Part shown: in pieces, positions 1 to 10,499 of the stretch | Numbering within the stretch: position 1 is the first letter of the stretch | How the letters are laid out: the number at the start of each line of letters is the position of its first letter | From: an uncultured Pelagibacteraceae bacterium | GTDB lineage: Bacteria; Pseudomonadota; Alphaproteobacteria; Pelagibacterales; AG-422-B15 | Direction of reading: 5' to 3' | DNA: 64,000 bases | Assembly (NCBI GenBank): GCA_902526005.1 | Contig: CABZIW010000001.1 | Span: 196,511 to 260,510 of the forward strand | Position numbers and translations under genes: made by a program | Notes under the pieces: generated by a model | Told to the model about the DNA's origin: nothing | Database searches by the model: none | Seen by the model: the letters and a program-made list of their open reading frames with translations, nothing else

Positions 1-428
1 GGATCAGTAATATCAAGCAAACCAAAGTAAGCTGTAAGGCCAGTCATTCCTAAAATACTCATGTAACAATCAAGAGGAAAACCAGTTCCTTGAGGAATTT
101 GCCTTACTCCTTTCCCATCACTTAAACAGTATTGCTGCCATCCACCCATACAGTTAACAATTTCACCTTTTTTAAATTTTTCATTTTTACTCTCTTCGAT
201 TATGCCTATTGTACCACCTCTCATGGTGTCTCCAGTTTGCATCGCATCAACATAAGATTTTTGTCCACTCATCCACCCGCGGTTTGCAGGATCTAAAGAG
301 AGATATATGTTTCTTATTAAAATTTGACTATCTAAAAGACTGGGAACTTCATTTTCCTCCAAAACTAAGTCCCCTTCGCTAATTTCACCAACTGGAAATT
401 TTTTTAAAATCCATTGTTTATTTTTCAT
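1..428 (-). CDS. NADP-dependent oxidoreductase, MDR/prostaglandin reductase (YncB/CurA-like), 3'-truncated by window edge
   Basis: Not in ORF track. Manual translation from ATG at 428 (GGAG SD upstream): MKNKQWILKKFPVG...YLSLDPANRGWM...GMTGLTAYFGLL, typical LTB4DH/PGR motifs. Confidence 0.88.
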   Translation of the reverse strand, partial: MKNKQWILKKFPVGEISEGDLVLEENEVPSLLDSQILIRNIYLSLDPANRGWMSGQKSYVDAMQTGDTMRGGTIGIIEESKNEKFKKGEIVNCMGGWQQYCLSDGKGVRQIPQGTGFPLDCYMSILGMTGLTAYFGLLDITD

Positions 429-879
429 TATTATCTCCAATCATTTTTTTAAAATTTACCTGAGGCATATCAACACTTACACAAGTTGATGTTGAGGTAA
501 CAATAGTCCTATTGTTTTGCTCCAATCTACCCTCCAAGAATACAATATTTTTTCCAGATTTCACCACTCGCCCATATCCAATAACTTTCCCCGGTTTAGT
601 TGGATACAAAAAATTTGTTTTCAATTCTATTGTTGGTGGTCTTTTTTTGAAATGATTTTGAAATATAAAAGCTAATGCAGTTGCATCATCTACCATTCCA
701 CTAACAATACCTCCTTGGACGTCACCTGCAGGATTGCAATATTTTTTATCAATATCAAACTCAACTTTGATATTGCCAGCTGTGGTATCAACTTCAAGAA
801 CAGTCATATTAAAAAGATCGAATAATTTATTCTTATTAAACAGCTTGATGAGTTCAGCATCTGAGATTTTTTCAGTCAT
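418..879 (-). CDS. PaaI-family hotdog thioesterase
   Basis: CNPAGDVQGGIVSGMVD and TIELKTNFLYP hotdog motifs. Confidence 0.85.
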   Translation of the reverse strand: MTEKISDAELIKLFNKNKLFDLFNMTVLEVDTTAGNIKVEFDIDKKYCNPAGDVQGGIVSGMVDDATALAFIFQNHFKKRPPTIELKTNFLYPTKPGKVIGYGRVVKSGKNIVFLEGRLEQNNRTIVTSTSTCVSVDMPQVNFKKMIGDNNEK

Positions 880-884
880 ATTGA

Positions 885-1274
885 TTATTCGTATTCAGGT
901 TTTTCAGGAAATACCATTGGTCCCAATGGTCTTCCTGCGAGTAAATGAAAGTGTAAGTGAGGTACTTCTTGATGTGCATCCTTACCAGCATTTGCGATGA
1001 GCCTGTATCCTCCTCCTCCAGCTTTTTCACTTATACCCAACATATCTGCTACGTTTGAAATAGCCCGGTTGAAACCAACTATTTCTTCGTCTGAAGCATT
1101 TGCACTAAAATCATTTATGTCTATGTATTCCCCTTTTGGAATTACTAAGGCATGTGAAGGTGCTTGCGGACGAATATCTTTGAATGACAGGACATATTCA
1201 TCCTCATAAATTTTATCACAAGGGATTTCACCTCTTAAAATCTTAGCAAAAATATTGTCCTTATCATATGACAT
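885..1274 (-). CDS. Histidine triad (HIT/HinT) nucleotide-binding protein
   Basis: NIFAKILRGEIP start, HLHFH triad; usual position after hisE in alphaproteobacteria. Confidence 0.93.
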   Translation of the reverse strand: MSYDKDNIFAKILRGEIPCDKIYEDEYVLSFKDIRPQAPSHALVIPKGEYIDINDFSANASDEEIVGFNRAISNVADMLGISEKAGGGGYRLIANAGKDAHQEVPHLHFHLLAGRPLGPMVFPEKPEYE

Positions 1275-1585
1275 TAATCTCTAAGTCCTGTTTTACCCTC
1301 TCTTTTTTCTAACTCTTCATAAACTTGATCAGGAGTAATATCAAATTTTTTCAACATGACTAACAAATGATAAATAAGATCTGCCGATTCATAAATTATT
1401 TGCTCTACATTATCTTCTTCAGCGGCCTCCACAGTTTCAAGTGACTCCTCTTTTAGCTTTTCTATACATTTACTTTTACCTTCTGATATAAGTTTTGCCG
1501 TATAAGATTTTGAAGGGTCTTCATTAGCATGTGAAATAATTGTATCAAAGAGCCGAGCTAATACATCAACTTTTTTACTGCTCAT
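1274..1585 (-). CDS. hisE: Phosphoribosyl-ATP pyrophosphohydrolase
   Basis: SYTAKL...KLKEESLE...ESADLIYHLLV. Confidence 0.93.
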   Translation of the reverse strand: MSSKKVDVLARLFDTIISHANEDPSKSYTAKLISEGKSKCIEKLKEESLETVEAAEEDNVEQIIYESADLIYHLLVMLKKFDITPDQVYEELEKREGKTGLRD

Positions 1586-1869
1586 TCCACTCCCTCAACA
1601 ATTGCAAAAATTCTATCCTTTTCGTCTCCCAAGATTTTTTTTGCATTTTGATATTCTTCTGAGTTATAAGCCTGTTTAGCTATTTCAATTGTCTCATACT
1701 CAACTATGACGTTTCTTTTAAACTCTTTACCTTCCATAGTTGTTTGCTCGCCACCCCGTACTAAAAATTTACCATTGTATTTTTTGACCACCTCAGTTGC
1801 ATATTCTGCATATAATTTTTGCTTATCCGGATGTAACACATTGACTTTTACTACCCAATAACCTTTCAT
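1582..1869 (-). CDS. DUF1330 family protein
   Basis: YNGKFLVRGG...EG...RNVIVEY...AYNSEEYQ pattern. Confidence 0.85.
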   Translation of the reverse strand: MKGYWVVKVNVLHPDKQKLYAEYATEVVKKYNGKFLVRGGEQTTMEGKEFKRNVIVEYETIEIAKQAYNSEEYQNAKKILGDEKDRIFAIVEGVE

Positions 1870-1871
1870 AA

Positions 1872-2630
1872 TTAAATCCTAACTGCTATATTTCGTTCAG
1901 CAAGATATGTTTTTACATCTTTAATACTATATTCTCCGAAATGAAAAATAGAGGCAGCTAATAGAGCACTAGCTCCCCCCTTTAATACTCCTTCAACAAA
2001 GTGCTCAAGGTTTCCAACGCCACCTGAAGCAATAACAGGAATATCAACAGCGGATGAGACAGTACTCAATAATTCAGTGTCAAATCCTATTTTTGTTCCA
2101 TCTCTATCCATTGAGGTTAATAATATCTCACCAGCTCCTAAATTAGCTACTTCAATGCAATATTCTAATGCATCAATATCTGTGGACTTTCTTCCACCAT
2201 GGGTAAATATATTCCAACTTTTATCTCCATTTTTTTTTGCATCTACTGCTATAACTATTGTTGAGGAACCATATTTCTTTGCCGCTTCTGCAACCATGTC
2301 AATGTTTTCAACTGCAGCTGTATTTATAGACACTTTATCTGCTCCATGGTGCAGCAAACGAGATATATCATCAATGGTCCTGACACCTCCACCTACAGTG
2401 AGTGGTATGAAACAATTTTCAGCAGTTTTTTTTACAACTTCAAAGAGGGTTTCTCTATCGTCACTTGATGCAGTTATATCTAGAAAGCATAGTTCATCAG
2501 CTCCCTCAGAATTATAGATTTTTGCTTGTTCAACAGGATCGCCAGCATCAATTAAGTCAACAAAATTGACACCTTTGACAACTCTCCCTTGATCAACATC
2601 TAAACAGGGTATGATTCTTTTTTTAAGCAT
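1872..2630 (-). CDS. hisF: Imidazole glycerol phosphate synthase, cyclase subunit
   Basis: [38 protein letters not shown]. Confidence 0.98.
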   Translation of the reverse strand: MLKKRIIPCLDVDQGRVVKGVNFVDLIDAGDPVEQAKIYNSEGADELCFLDITASSDDRETLFEVVKKTAENCFIPLTVGGGVRTIDDISRLLHHGADKVSINTAAVENIDMVAEAAKKYGSSTIVIAVDAKKNGDKSWNIFTHGGRKSTDIDALEYCIEVANLGAGEILLTSMDRDGTKIGFDTELLSTVSSAVDIPVIASGGVGNLEHFVEGVLKGGASALLAASIFHFGEYSIKDVKTYLAERNIAVRI

Positions 2631-2631
2631 T

Positions 2632-3354
2632 CTATCTAACTATCTTTAATGCCTCAGCAATATCAATATTTTTGTCATAAATTGCTTTACCTACAATTAC
2701 ACCTTTTATTTGTGAGTAATTTTTTTTCTTTAGGTTAATAAGGTCCGAGATATTTGATACCCCACCTGATGCAACACAGTCAATTTTTGTTTGGAACATT
2801 ACATTTTCTAGCATTTCAAAGTTAATTCCTCGCTTCATACCATCCCTCATAACGTCAGTAATTATTATTGAGTTGATTTTAAGATCTTCTATACTTTTTA
2901 AGAAATCAGAAATTTGTAAATCTTTTACATCTTTCCAACCTTTTGTAGCAATTTGGTTCTGCTTAATGTCGAGAGCAATTGAAATTCTATTAGGATAATT
3001 GCAAACTGATTTCTCAAAAAAAGTTTTATTTTCAAACGCTGATGTTCCAATAATAACATTATTAATACCAATGTTAATGAGTCTTTCAACTCTTTCTATA
3101 TTTCTTACTCCGCCACCGAACTGAATCTTAAGATTTGTATTTTTTTTTATTTGCTCAATAGATTTAATATTTTCAAAATTGCCCTTAAGCGCACCATCTA
3201 AGTCAACGCAATGCAAATATTCCACTCCAGTGTCTTCAAAAATTTTAGCCTGTTCTAACGGTGACTCATTGTATGTTGTAGATTGTTTAAAATCACCTTG
3301 TATTAATCTTACACATTTACCGTCTTTTAAATCAATTGCTGGAAATAAAATCAT
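2632..3354 (-). CDS. hisA: ProFAR isomerase
   Basis: [33 protein letters not shown]; start at 3354 overlaps hisH stop (ATGA). Confidence 0.96.
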   Translation of the reverse strand: MILFPAIDLKDGKCVRLIQGDFKQSTTYNESPLEQAKIFEDTGVEYLHCVDLDGALKGNFENIKSIEQIKKNTNLKIQFGGGVRNIERVERLINIGINNVIIGTSAFENKTFFEKSVCNYPNRISIALDIKQNQIATKGWKDVKDLQISDFLKSIEDLKINSIIITDVMRDGMKRGINFEMLENVMFQTKIDCVASGGVSNISDLINLKKKNYSQIKGVIVGKAIYDKNIDIAEALKIVR

Positions 3355-3989
3355 GAAGGTTCCCACTCGAGAAAGTTTGTAATTATTTGTTTTCCGTTAT
3401 TATGACTTTTTTCTGGATGAAATTGTGTACCAAAAATATTTTCCTTGAGTACTGCTGCAGTAATTGGATTTGGATATTTTGTAGTTGCAATACAATTTTC
3501 ATTTTTGTGAGTTCTAAAGTAGAAACTGTGCACAAAATAAAAATCAGAATTTTGTGAAATATTATTCAATAATTCATGATTGCGAAAAGTGACTTCATTC
3601 CATCCCATGTGTGGAATTTTATAATCAGCTGGAGTATCGATCTTGATTACTTCTCCGGGTATCCATCCAAAGCCCTCACATTCACCAAATTCTAAAGATT
3701 TTTCTGCTAGTAATTGCATTCCAACACAAATGCCCATAAAAGCTTTTTTTTCTCCAATTACCACTTGTTCAAGGCTTTCAAATAGACCGTCTATTTTGTG
3801 AATTGCGTTCTTACAATCTTGAAAAGCTCCAACTCCAGGAAGAACTAATTTATCGGCGTTTAATATTTCAGATGGTGTGTTTGTAACAATAATTTCATAT
3901 GGATTTTCTGAGTTATTGTTTACGGCTTCAAATGCCTTGTGTACTGAATGTAAATTTCCTGAGCCGTAGTTGATAATTACTAACTTCAT
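3351..3989 (-). CDS. hisH: Imidazole glycerol phosphate synthase, glutaminase subunit
   Basis: YGSGNLHSV, LPGVGAF, GICVGMQ, PHMGWN, QFHPEKS. Confidence 0.97.
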   Translation of the reverse strand: MKLVIINYGSGNLHSVHKAFEAVNNNSENPYEIIVTNTPSEILNADKLVLPGVGAFQDCKNAIHKIDGLFESLEQVVIGEKKAFMGICVGMQLLAEKSLEFGECEGFGWIPGEVIKIDTPADYKIPHMGWNEVTFRNHELLNNISQNSDFYFVHSFYFRTHKNENCIATTKYPNPITAAVLKENIFGTQFHPEKSHNNGKQIITNFLEWEPS

Positions 3990-4444
3990 TTATTCATTTG
4001 TTTAATAGTATCAATAACTTCCTCTACATGATTATTTACTTTCACTTTTCTCCAAACCTTTACGACCTTGCCATTCATAATAAGAAATGTAGATCTATCT
4101 ATACCCTTGTAAGTTCTGCCATACATACTTTTTTTAATCCATACACCAAATTTTTCACAGATTTTATCAGTCTCATCAGAAAGAAGATCAAATTTTAATT
4201 TGTATTTTTCAGCAAATTTATTTTGTTTTTGAACGGTATCTTTAGATATACCATAAACTCTTACCTTTAGATTGTTTAACTTTCGAAGATTGCTTTGGAA
4301 ATCACAAGACTCTTTTGTACAACCTGGAGTATCTGCTTTAGGATAAAAATAAATTACCGTGTCCTCTTTTGTAGGAAATTTAACTTCTTCATCTTTCTGA
4401 TTTTTAAGTTTGAATGAAGGTAGTTTTTGGCCTTCTTTAATCAT
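3986..4444 (-). CDS. bcp: Bcp/PrxQ peroxiredoxin
   Basis: YFYPKADTPGCTKESC, KKSMYGRTYKGIDRSTFLI. Confidence 0.93.
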   Translation of the reverse strand: MIKEGQKLPSFKLKNQKDEEVKFPTKEDTVIYFYPKADTPGCTKESCDFQSNLRKLNNLKVRVYGISKDTVQKQNKFAEKYKLKFDLLSDETDKICEKFGVWIKKSMYGRTYKGIDRSTFLIMNGKVVKVWRKVKVNNHVEEVIDTIKQMNK

Positions 4445-4446
4445 TG

Positions 4447-5046
4447 TTAAAGTTGTCCTTTGGTAGAAGGAATGTTCATTCCCTCTCGCTCGTTAATCGC
4501 AACAGCATTTCTTAAACTTCTTGCCAAAGCCTTAAAGCAAGATTCAATTATATGATGGTTGTTTTCTCCATAAATATTTTCCACATGTAATGTTGTTCCA
4601 CTTGCTTGTGCAAAAGCTTGGAACCATTCTTTAAATAATTCAGTATCAAAGTCACCTTGAGAAGATGTTATCTTTGGAGCACTAAATTTTACTTTCCAAA
4701 TTAAATAAGGTCTATTTGATAGATCAAGTGCAACTCTTGATAATGTTTCATCCATGGGAATATATGAGTGCGCATAACGTGTAATACCTTGTCGATTACC
4801 TAATGCTTTTGATAAACATTCGCCAATTGCAATGCCTGTATCCTCAGTTGTATGGTGATAATCAATGTGAGTATCTCCTGTTGCTTTTATCTTCATATCA
4901 ATCAGTGAGTGCTTTGACAATTGTTCAAGCATGTGATCAAGAAATCCTATGCCAGTCTTGATATCGTACTTACCTGTTCCGTCGATATTAATATCGACAG
5001 AGATAGAGGTTTCTTTCGTGTCTCTTTTATACTCTGCTGTTCTCAT
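4447..5046 (-). CDS. hisB: Imidazoleglycerol-phosphate dehydratase
   Basis: [35 protein letters not shown]. Confidence 0.98.
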   Translation of the reverse strand: MRTAEYKRDTKETSISVDINIDGTGKYDIKTGIGFLDHMLEQLSKHSLIDMKIKATGDTHIDYHHTTEDTGIAIGECLSKALGNRQGITRYAHSYIPMDETLSRVALDLSNRPYLIWKVKFSAPKITSSQGDFDTELFKEWFQAFAQASGTTLHVENIYGENNHHIIESCFKALARSLRNAVAINEREGMNIPSTKGQL

Positions 5047-5123
5047 AACAAAATCCAGTCGGTTTCTATCAATAAATCACTGAATTATCTATAAAAAATG
5101 TAATTTTTAGTGAAAAGTCAGGG

Positions 5124-5151
5124 CTTGAAGTTAATAAATAAATAGCCACAT
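5124..5151 (+). promoter_or_regulatory. Putative sigma-32 (RpoH) promoter of hslVU
   Basis: CTTGAA-N16-CCACAT, 10 nt upstream of hslV ATG; resembles RpoH consensus and precedes a heat-shock operon. Confidence 0.55.
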
Positions 5152-5161
5152 AACACTCAGC

Positions 5162-5713
5162 ATGGAAAATCAACAAAGTCAATCATGGCACGGCACAACT
5201 ATTATTAGTGTAAGAAAAGGCAATCAGGTTGTTGTCGCGGGAGACGGACAAGTTAGTCTTGGAAATACAGTTATAAAAGGCACTGCCCAAAAAGTTAGAA
5301 AAATAGGTGATGGTAGTGTTATCGTTGGCTTTGCCGGAGCAACTGCGGATGCATTTACTTTATTTGAGAGACTGGAAGCGAAACTAGAAAAGCATCCTAA
5401 ACAGCTTACCAGAGCATGTGTTGAACTGGCGAAAGATTGGCGTACCGACAAATATTTAAGGCGCCTAGAAGCACTTCTTACAGTTGCAGACTCTTCTACA
5501 TCACTTCTAATTACTGGAATGGGTGATGTGTTAGACCCTGAAGGGTCACTTATTGGAATTGGTAGCGGTGGTAATTATGCACTATCCGCTGCTAAAGCGC
5601 TGATTGATACTGATCTTACCGCTGAAGAAATTGCTTTAAAGTCACTAAAAATTGCTGGCGAAATTTGTGTTTTCACAAACAGCAATGTTACACTTGAAAA
5701 AATTGAGTATTAG
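5162..5713 (+). CDS. hslV: ATP-dependent protease subunit HslV
   Basis: HGTTI (catalytic Thr after short propeptide), [27 protein letters not shown]. Confidence 0.98.
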   Translation: MENQQSQSWHGTTIISVRKGNQVVVAGDGQVSLGNTVIKGTAQKVRKIGDGSVIVGFAGATADAFTLFERLEAKLEKHPKQLTRACVELAKDWRTDKYLRRLEALLTVADSSTSLLITGMGDVLDPEGSLIGIGSGGNYALSAAKALIDTDLTAEEIALKSLKIAGEICVFTNSNVTLEKIEY

Positions 5714-5716
5714 ATA

Positions 5717-7021
5717 ATGCAAGCATTTTCACCAAGGGAAATTGTTTCCGAACTTGATAGATATATTATTGGCCAAGATGATGCAAAAAAATCTGTAGCC
5801 ATAGCATTAAGGAATCGTTGGCGACGTCAGCAATTACCAGAGGATATGAGAGAAGAGGTTCTTCCAAAAAATATTTTAATGATTGGTCCTACTGGAATTG
5901 GTAAAACTGAAATTTCTAGAAGGCTCTCAAAATTAGCACAAGCACCGTTTATAAAAGTTGAAGCAACAAAGTTTACAGAAGTTGGGTATGTAGGTAGAGA
6001 TGTGGAATCTATTGTTCGTGATTTGATTGAAATAGCAATTACAATGGTTCGTGAAATAAAGAGAAAAGAAGTAAAGGCAAAAGCACAATTAGCTGCTGAA
6101 GAACGTGTGTTAGACGCTTTAGTTGGACCAGGTTCAGGGCCTGCTACAAGAGAAAGTTTCAGAAAAAAACTTAGAAATAATGAACTCAATGAAAAAGAAA
6201 TTGAAATAGCTGTTCAAGATACAGGATCATTTCCAACAATTGACCTTCAAGGTGGACAGGGTGCTGGTATAGGAATGATAAATCTAAACGACATGCTTGG
6301 TAAAGCTATGGGACCAAAAACTAAAAAGAAGAAAACAACAGTTGCCGACTCTTATGAGATTTTGGTTAATGAGGAGTCAGATAAATTAATTGATACTGAT
6401 CACATTGTGAATGAGGCAAAAAAAGCTGTCGAAGACAATGGCATTGTATTTATTGATGAAATAGACAAAGTTTGCGCAAGAAGTGAAAGGGTTGGTGGTG
6501 ATGTTTCAAGGGAAGGTGTTCAAAGAGATTTGTTACCTTTAATTGAGGGAACAACAGTTAATACTAAACACGGAACAATCAAAACTGATCACATACTTTT
6601 TATAGCTTCTGGAGCCTTTCAACTGTCAAAACCATCTGATCTATTGCCAGAATTACAGGGCAGATTGCCAATAAGGGTCAATCTCAAAGCACTTTCACAA
6701 GAGGACTTTAAACGTATCCTAACAGAACCCAAATATAGCTTGATAAAACAGTATGAGGCACTGATGGGTACTGAAGATGTAAAAATCAGTTTCAGCGAGG
6801 ACGGAATAGATGCAATTGCAACCTTAGCTGTGGATATAAACTCAACTATTGAAAATATTGGTGCTCGCCGTTTGCATACCATTCTTGAGAGAGTATTAGA
6901 AGATATTAGTTTCTCAGCGGCCGATAAAGGTGGAGAAAAAATTACAATTGATGCAAACTACGTTAAAGATAATGTGAATGAGTTATCTAAAGATACTGAT
7001 CTTTCTAAATTCATTCTCTAA
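5717..7021 (+). CDS. hslU: ATP-dependent protease ATPase HslU
   Basis: [39 protein letters not shown]. Confidence 0.98.
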   Translation: MQAFSPREIVSELDRYIIGQDDAKKSVAIALRNRWRRQQLPEDMREEVLPKNILMIGPTGIGKTEISRRLSKLAQAPFIKVEATKFTEVGYVGRDVESIVRDLIEIAITMVREIKRKEVKAKAQLAAEERVLDALVGPGSGPATRESFRKKLRNNELNEKEIEIAVQDTGSFPTIDLQGGQGAGIGMINLNDMLGKAMGPKTKKKKTTVADSYEILVNEESDKLIDTDHIVNEAKKAVEDNGIVFIDEIDKVCARSERVGGDVSREGVQRDLLPLIEGTTVNTKHGTIKTDHILFIASGAFQLSKPSDLLPELQGRLPIRVNLKALSQEDFKRILTEPKYSLIKQYEALMGTEDVKISFSEDGIDAIATLAVDINSTIENIGARRLHTILERVLEDISFSAADKGGEKITIDANYVKDNVNELSKDTDLSKFIL

Positions 7022-7026
7022 TTTTT

Positions 7027-7455
7027 ATGTCACTAAAAACAAAAAAGACTCATTTAAATAAGATAAAGGTTCGTTACTCAGAAGTTGATTGTCAGAGAAT
7101 AGTTTATAATTCACATTATTTGACATATTTTGACATTTCTCTCAGTGAGATGCTCGAAGACTGTTTCGATCAGGATGAATATGTGAAACAGACTAATAAC
7201 GATTTTCACACAGTTGGTGTGCAAATGAATTTTAAAAGTCCTGCAAGATTAAATGATCATCTCGAAGTTTACACAGGGATAAAAAAACTTGGAAACTCGA
7301 GTATGACATTTACACAAGAAATTTATAGATCTGGATCTGATGAAATTATAAATGAAGCAGTTATTACTTGGGTTAACACAGACCAAAAAAGTATGAAGTC
7401 CTCTAAAATTCCAGATAATATAAAAGAAAAGTTAAAAAGGTATTTGATAGATTAA
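7027..7455 (+). CDS. Acyl-CoA thioesterase, 4HBT/YbgC-FadM family
   Basis: VRYSEVDCQRIVYNSHYLTYFD, F..PARL.D, LGNSS. Confidence 0.85.
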   Translation: MSLKTKKTHLNKIKVRYSEVDCQRIVYNSHYLTYFDISLSEMLEDCFDQDEYVKQTNNDFHTVGVQMNFKSPARLNDHLEVYTGIKKLGNSSMTFTQEIYRSGSDEIINEAVITWVNTDQKSMKSSKIPDNIKEKLKRYLID

Positions 7456-8066
7456 TCAGAGGTCGCCGTTAATAACCAATTAGAAGTTTTTTTATCTTTT
7501 ATTTTTTCAAAAGTCCAAACATCTGTAATTTTTTGCACCTGATTAAGACTGCCTGAAATTACTTCATCTTTACTGTTTTTAATACATGTAATCATTTCAG
7601 AAATAAATCTCACTGTTACTTCCATAGGATTTTTTTTCAGGTCTTTGTGAACAATTTCAGATTTTTCTATACCTATAAAATTAAATTCTACAGTTTCATT
7701 TTTACTATTTCGTTCATCTATTACTGACGTAAAGCTATTTAATACTTCATTAGATAGCAAAGGCTTAAGGGCATCTTTATTGCCATTTTCAAAATTTGTG
7801 ACGATCGTTTCATATGCATTTGATGCGCCGCGTAAAAAATCATCTTTATCAAACCAACCATCTTCTCTTGAACCTGAAGCAACTTTTGGTTCGATAGTTA
7901 CAATTTTTTCTTCTGAGGATTGTTGAGGAGTTTCATAGTTATATGAAGTTTTATCTGTTTTTTCATGGCCAGTACGCCTTCCAAGTACACTTCTAAGGCG
8001 CAAAAGAACTATTCCTGCTATTATTGCGAGGATTAGGATGTCAATATATTGAAAGGCTTCACTCAT
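7452..8066 (-). CDS. Tim44/TimA-like protein
   Basis: LRLRSVLGRRTGHE, FLRGA..AYE.IV, DVWTF...NWLL; divergent from fxsA as in alphaproteobacteria. Confidence 0.92.
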   Translation of the reverse strand: MSEAFQYIDILILAIIAGIVLLRLRSVLGRRTGHEKTDKTSYNYETPQQSSEEKIVTIEPKVASGSREDGWFDKDDFLRGASNAYETIVTNFENGNKDALKPLLSNEVLNSFTSVIDERNSKNETVEFNFIGIEKSEIVHKDLKKNPMEVTVRFISEMITCIKNSKDEVISGSLNQVQKITDVWTFEKIKDKKTSNWLLTATSD

Positions 8067-8133
8067 ATAGTTAAATATTATAGAGTCCTTATTTAGGTAT
8101 TTAAACTAAACTTTCAACAATTACTTACTTATT

Positions 8134-8562
8134 TTGTTTTTATTTATCGCACTTTTTATACTGATCCCAATCATTGAAATTAGTTTATTTATTGAAATTG
8201 GGAGCATTATTGGATCGTTCTACACCATAATGCTTATATTCATCACTGCAATTGTGGGTGTATTTTTTGTCCGTCAACAAGGGATAAGCACATTTCAAAA
8301 GTTAACATCTCAATTGCAAAATTTAGAAACACCTGTTCAAACGATGTTTGAGGGGCTAGTCATTCTTGTCTCTGGTATTCTTTTAATTACTCCTGGGTTT
8401 TTCACTGATGCTGTAGGTTTTCTGGGATTGATACCATTCTCGAGAATAATTTTCATAAAGTTGGTAGCAAGTTACATTCTTTCTAGATATGGTAAGCGAA
8501 ATAATCAAAATGAAAATACCATTGAAGGTGAATTCATTGATATTGATGAAGAGGAAAAATAA
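8134..8562 (+). CDS. fxsA: FxsA membrane protein
   Basis: PIIEI.LFI, LLITPGFFTD..G, IEGEF tail; TTG start. Confidence 0.9.
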   Translation: MFLFIALFILIPIIEISLFIEIGSIIGSFYTIMLIFITAIVGVFFVRQQGISTFQKLTSQLQNLETPVQTMFEGLVILVSGILLITPGFFTDAVGFLGLIPFSRIIFIKLVASYILSRYGKRNNQNENTIEGEFIDIDEEEK

Positions 8563-8564
8563 TA

Positions 8565-8987
8565 GTGGATGTAAAAACAAAAATTATCACACAATTTGTT
8601 AGAGACTTATCATTTGAAAATCCTAATGGACCAGGATCATTTCAACCAGGTAGCGATCGACCCAATATTAATGCAAATGTTGATGTCAAAGCACAAAATA
8701 GAAAAGATACCAATATTTATGAAGTCGAGCTGAACGTGAGTGTAAATGCTTCACGCGCGGATCAGAGTTTGTACATTGTAGACCTAAAGTACGTTGGAAT
8801 ATTTGAAATTGAAAATCTTACTGACGATGTTAAGGAAGCTTACTTACTAGTAGAATGTCCGCGACAACTTTTTCCATTTGCAAGAAGAATTATTTACGAC
8901 TTACATGCTGATGGAGCTCTACCACCACTTATGTTAGACCCTGTGAACTTTGCTGAACTTTATAAAAAGAAAACAAGTAATAATTAA
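8565..8987 (+). CDS. secB: Protein-export chaperone SecB
   Basis: QFVRDLSFENP, ECPRQLFPFARRII, PPLMLDPVNFAELY. Confidence 0.96.
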   Translation: MDVKTKIITQFVRDLSFENPNGPGSFQPGSDRPNINANVDVKAQNRKDTNIYEVELNVSVNASRADQSLYIVDLKYVGIFEIENLTDDVKEAYLLVECPRQLFPFARRIIYDLHADGALPPLMLDPVNFAELYKKKTSNN

Positions 8988-9796
8988 TAGCGTAACAATT
9001 TAGGTTCACCGTCCACAATTTCAAAAACTGGCTCAACATTAGGTATGTCATCTTTATCTTTGTTATTCATGTTGAGCAAAAGCTCGGATGTATCTGTGTA
9101 ACCACAAATCATTTCAAGATTTTTTATTGTTGGCATAATCATAGGAAAATTTCCAGATTTACTCTCTTGAAGGGCTTCTTCAGGATTAATCCATTTGCTT
9201 TCAACTCCCTCCACTCCATCGTGTACGGCTACCTGATCGGTTGTACGAGCTATAAAAAATCTAGTACTGTATCTTCTTTTCTCTATTTTTGGAGTAACCC
9301 AGTGTGAAATATAAGCAAGTTCATTTGTTGCTAATTCTAGATTTAAAGTATCTATCATTTCATAAAAAATATTTTCACCTTTTAGAATTTTGCTTTTGTA
9401 TTGATCTATTATTTTTAGATCATCCTTGTTGAGAACGGTATTTATTAAATTTACTCCCTTTTTATTTGCAAGAAGAATTCCACTTTCTTCAAAGCACTCC
9501 CTGATACATGCAGCCCAATATGAAAGGCCATTTTTTTTTAATCCAAGTCTTTCAGATGCCAAGGCATCATCAAGATGAGGGCTGTATTTTGAATAATTAT
9601 TTGAGATATCTTCATTATCAATTTTACCCCCTGGAAATACCCATACACCACCAAAATTTGTTTTCATCGATCTTTTAATCATAAACACTTCTACCCGCTG
9701 GTTGGTGTCTCGTATAAGCAGTACTGATGCGGCTGGCGTAGGCACTTTTTGATAATTGCCATTATCGCTAGGAGTATGATTAATTTTGTTATTCAC
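8984..9796 (-). CDS. Nudix hydrolase, NUDT19-like
   Basis: AASVLL.RD, VFPGGKID, split Nudix box ACIRECFEESGILL, HWVTP...RRYSTRFF. Confidence 0.85.
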   Translation of the reverse strand: MNNKINHTPSDNGNYQKVPTPAASVLLIRDTNQRVEVFMIKRSMKTNFGGVWVFPGGKIDNEDISNNYSKYSPHLDDALASERLGLKKNGLSYWAACIRECFEESGILLANKKGVNLINTVLNKDDLKIIDQYKSKILKGENIFYEMIDTLNLELATNELAYISHWVTPKIEKRRYSTRFFIARTTDQVAVHDGVEGVESKWINPEEALQESKSGNFPMIMPTIKNLEMICGYTDTSELLLNMNNKDKDDIPNVEPVFEIVDGEPKLLRY

Positions 9797-10499
9797 TTGT
9801 TTGATTATTTTTAGACTGATTAATTTTTTTCCAAATAGAGTGCTCGCCTAATGTTTGAATAAATTCTTCATGCAGTTTTTTTTCTTGATCAGAAATTCGG
9901 GGTGCTAAATTTCTATTCTTGATCTTTTCAGTGTCAAAAGATGAGGTAGAATTCGCTGTTACTGACTTGGTGCTTAGATCCAGGCTTAGCTCACGAGCAT
10001 CCATTAGTTCTATGTACACACGGGCTAAGAGCTCAGTATCAATTGTAGCTGAATGTTTTTCTCTCTGCTTGTTATCAATTGCAAATCTTTTACAAAGCGC
10101 ATCAAGTGAAACACTCTGGCCAGGAAATTTTTCTCTAGCAATCGAGACTGTGTCAATTTTATCATTTTTAAGAGACTCTTTACCACAGGTATTCAGCTCG
10201 TAATTTAAGAAACCAACATCGAAGTCCACATTGTGAGCAATAATTGGATCCGTGCCTAAAAATTCTAAGAACTCTGATACAATGTTCTCAAACAAAGGTT
10301 TGTCTTTTAAAAATTCGTAGCTCAATCCATGCACCTTAAATGATGAGTCAGGCACATCTCGCCGGGGGTTAATATATTGTTGGTATGTTTTACCAGTGGG
10401 AAGATAATCAATTATCTCTATCGCAGCAATTTCAATGACTCTGTGACCCTCTGAAGGCCTTAGTCCGGTGGTTTCTGTATCAAGTACGACTTGTCTCAT
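9789..10499 (-). CDS. dnaQ: DNA polymerase III epsilon subunit
   Basis: LDTETTGL (ExoI), AHNVDFD, HSATIDTELLA.VY. Confidence 0.97.
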   Translation of the reverse strand: MRQVVLDTETTGLRPSEGHRVIEIAAIEIIDYLPTGKTYQQYINPRRDVPDSSFKVHGLSYEFLKDKPLFENIVSEFLEFLGTDPIIAHNVDFDVGFLNYELNTCGKESLKNDKIDTVSIAREKFPGQSVSLDALCKRFAIDNKQREKHSATIDTELLARVYIELMDARELSLDLSTKSVTANSTSSFDTEKIKNRNLAPRISDQEKKLHEEFIQTLGEHSIWKKINQSKNNQTSE

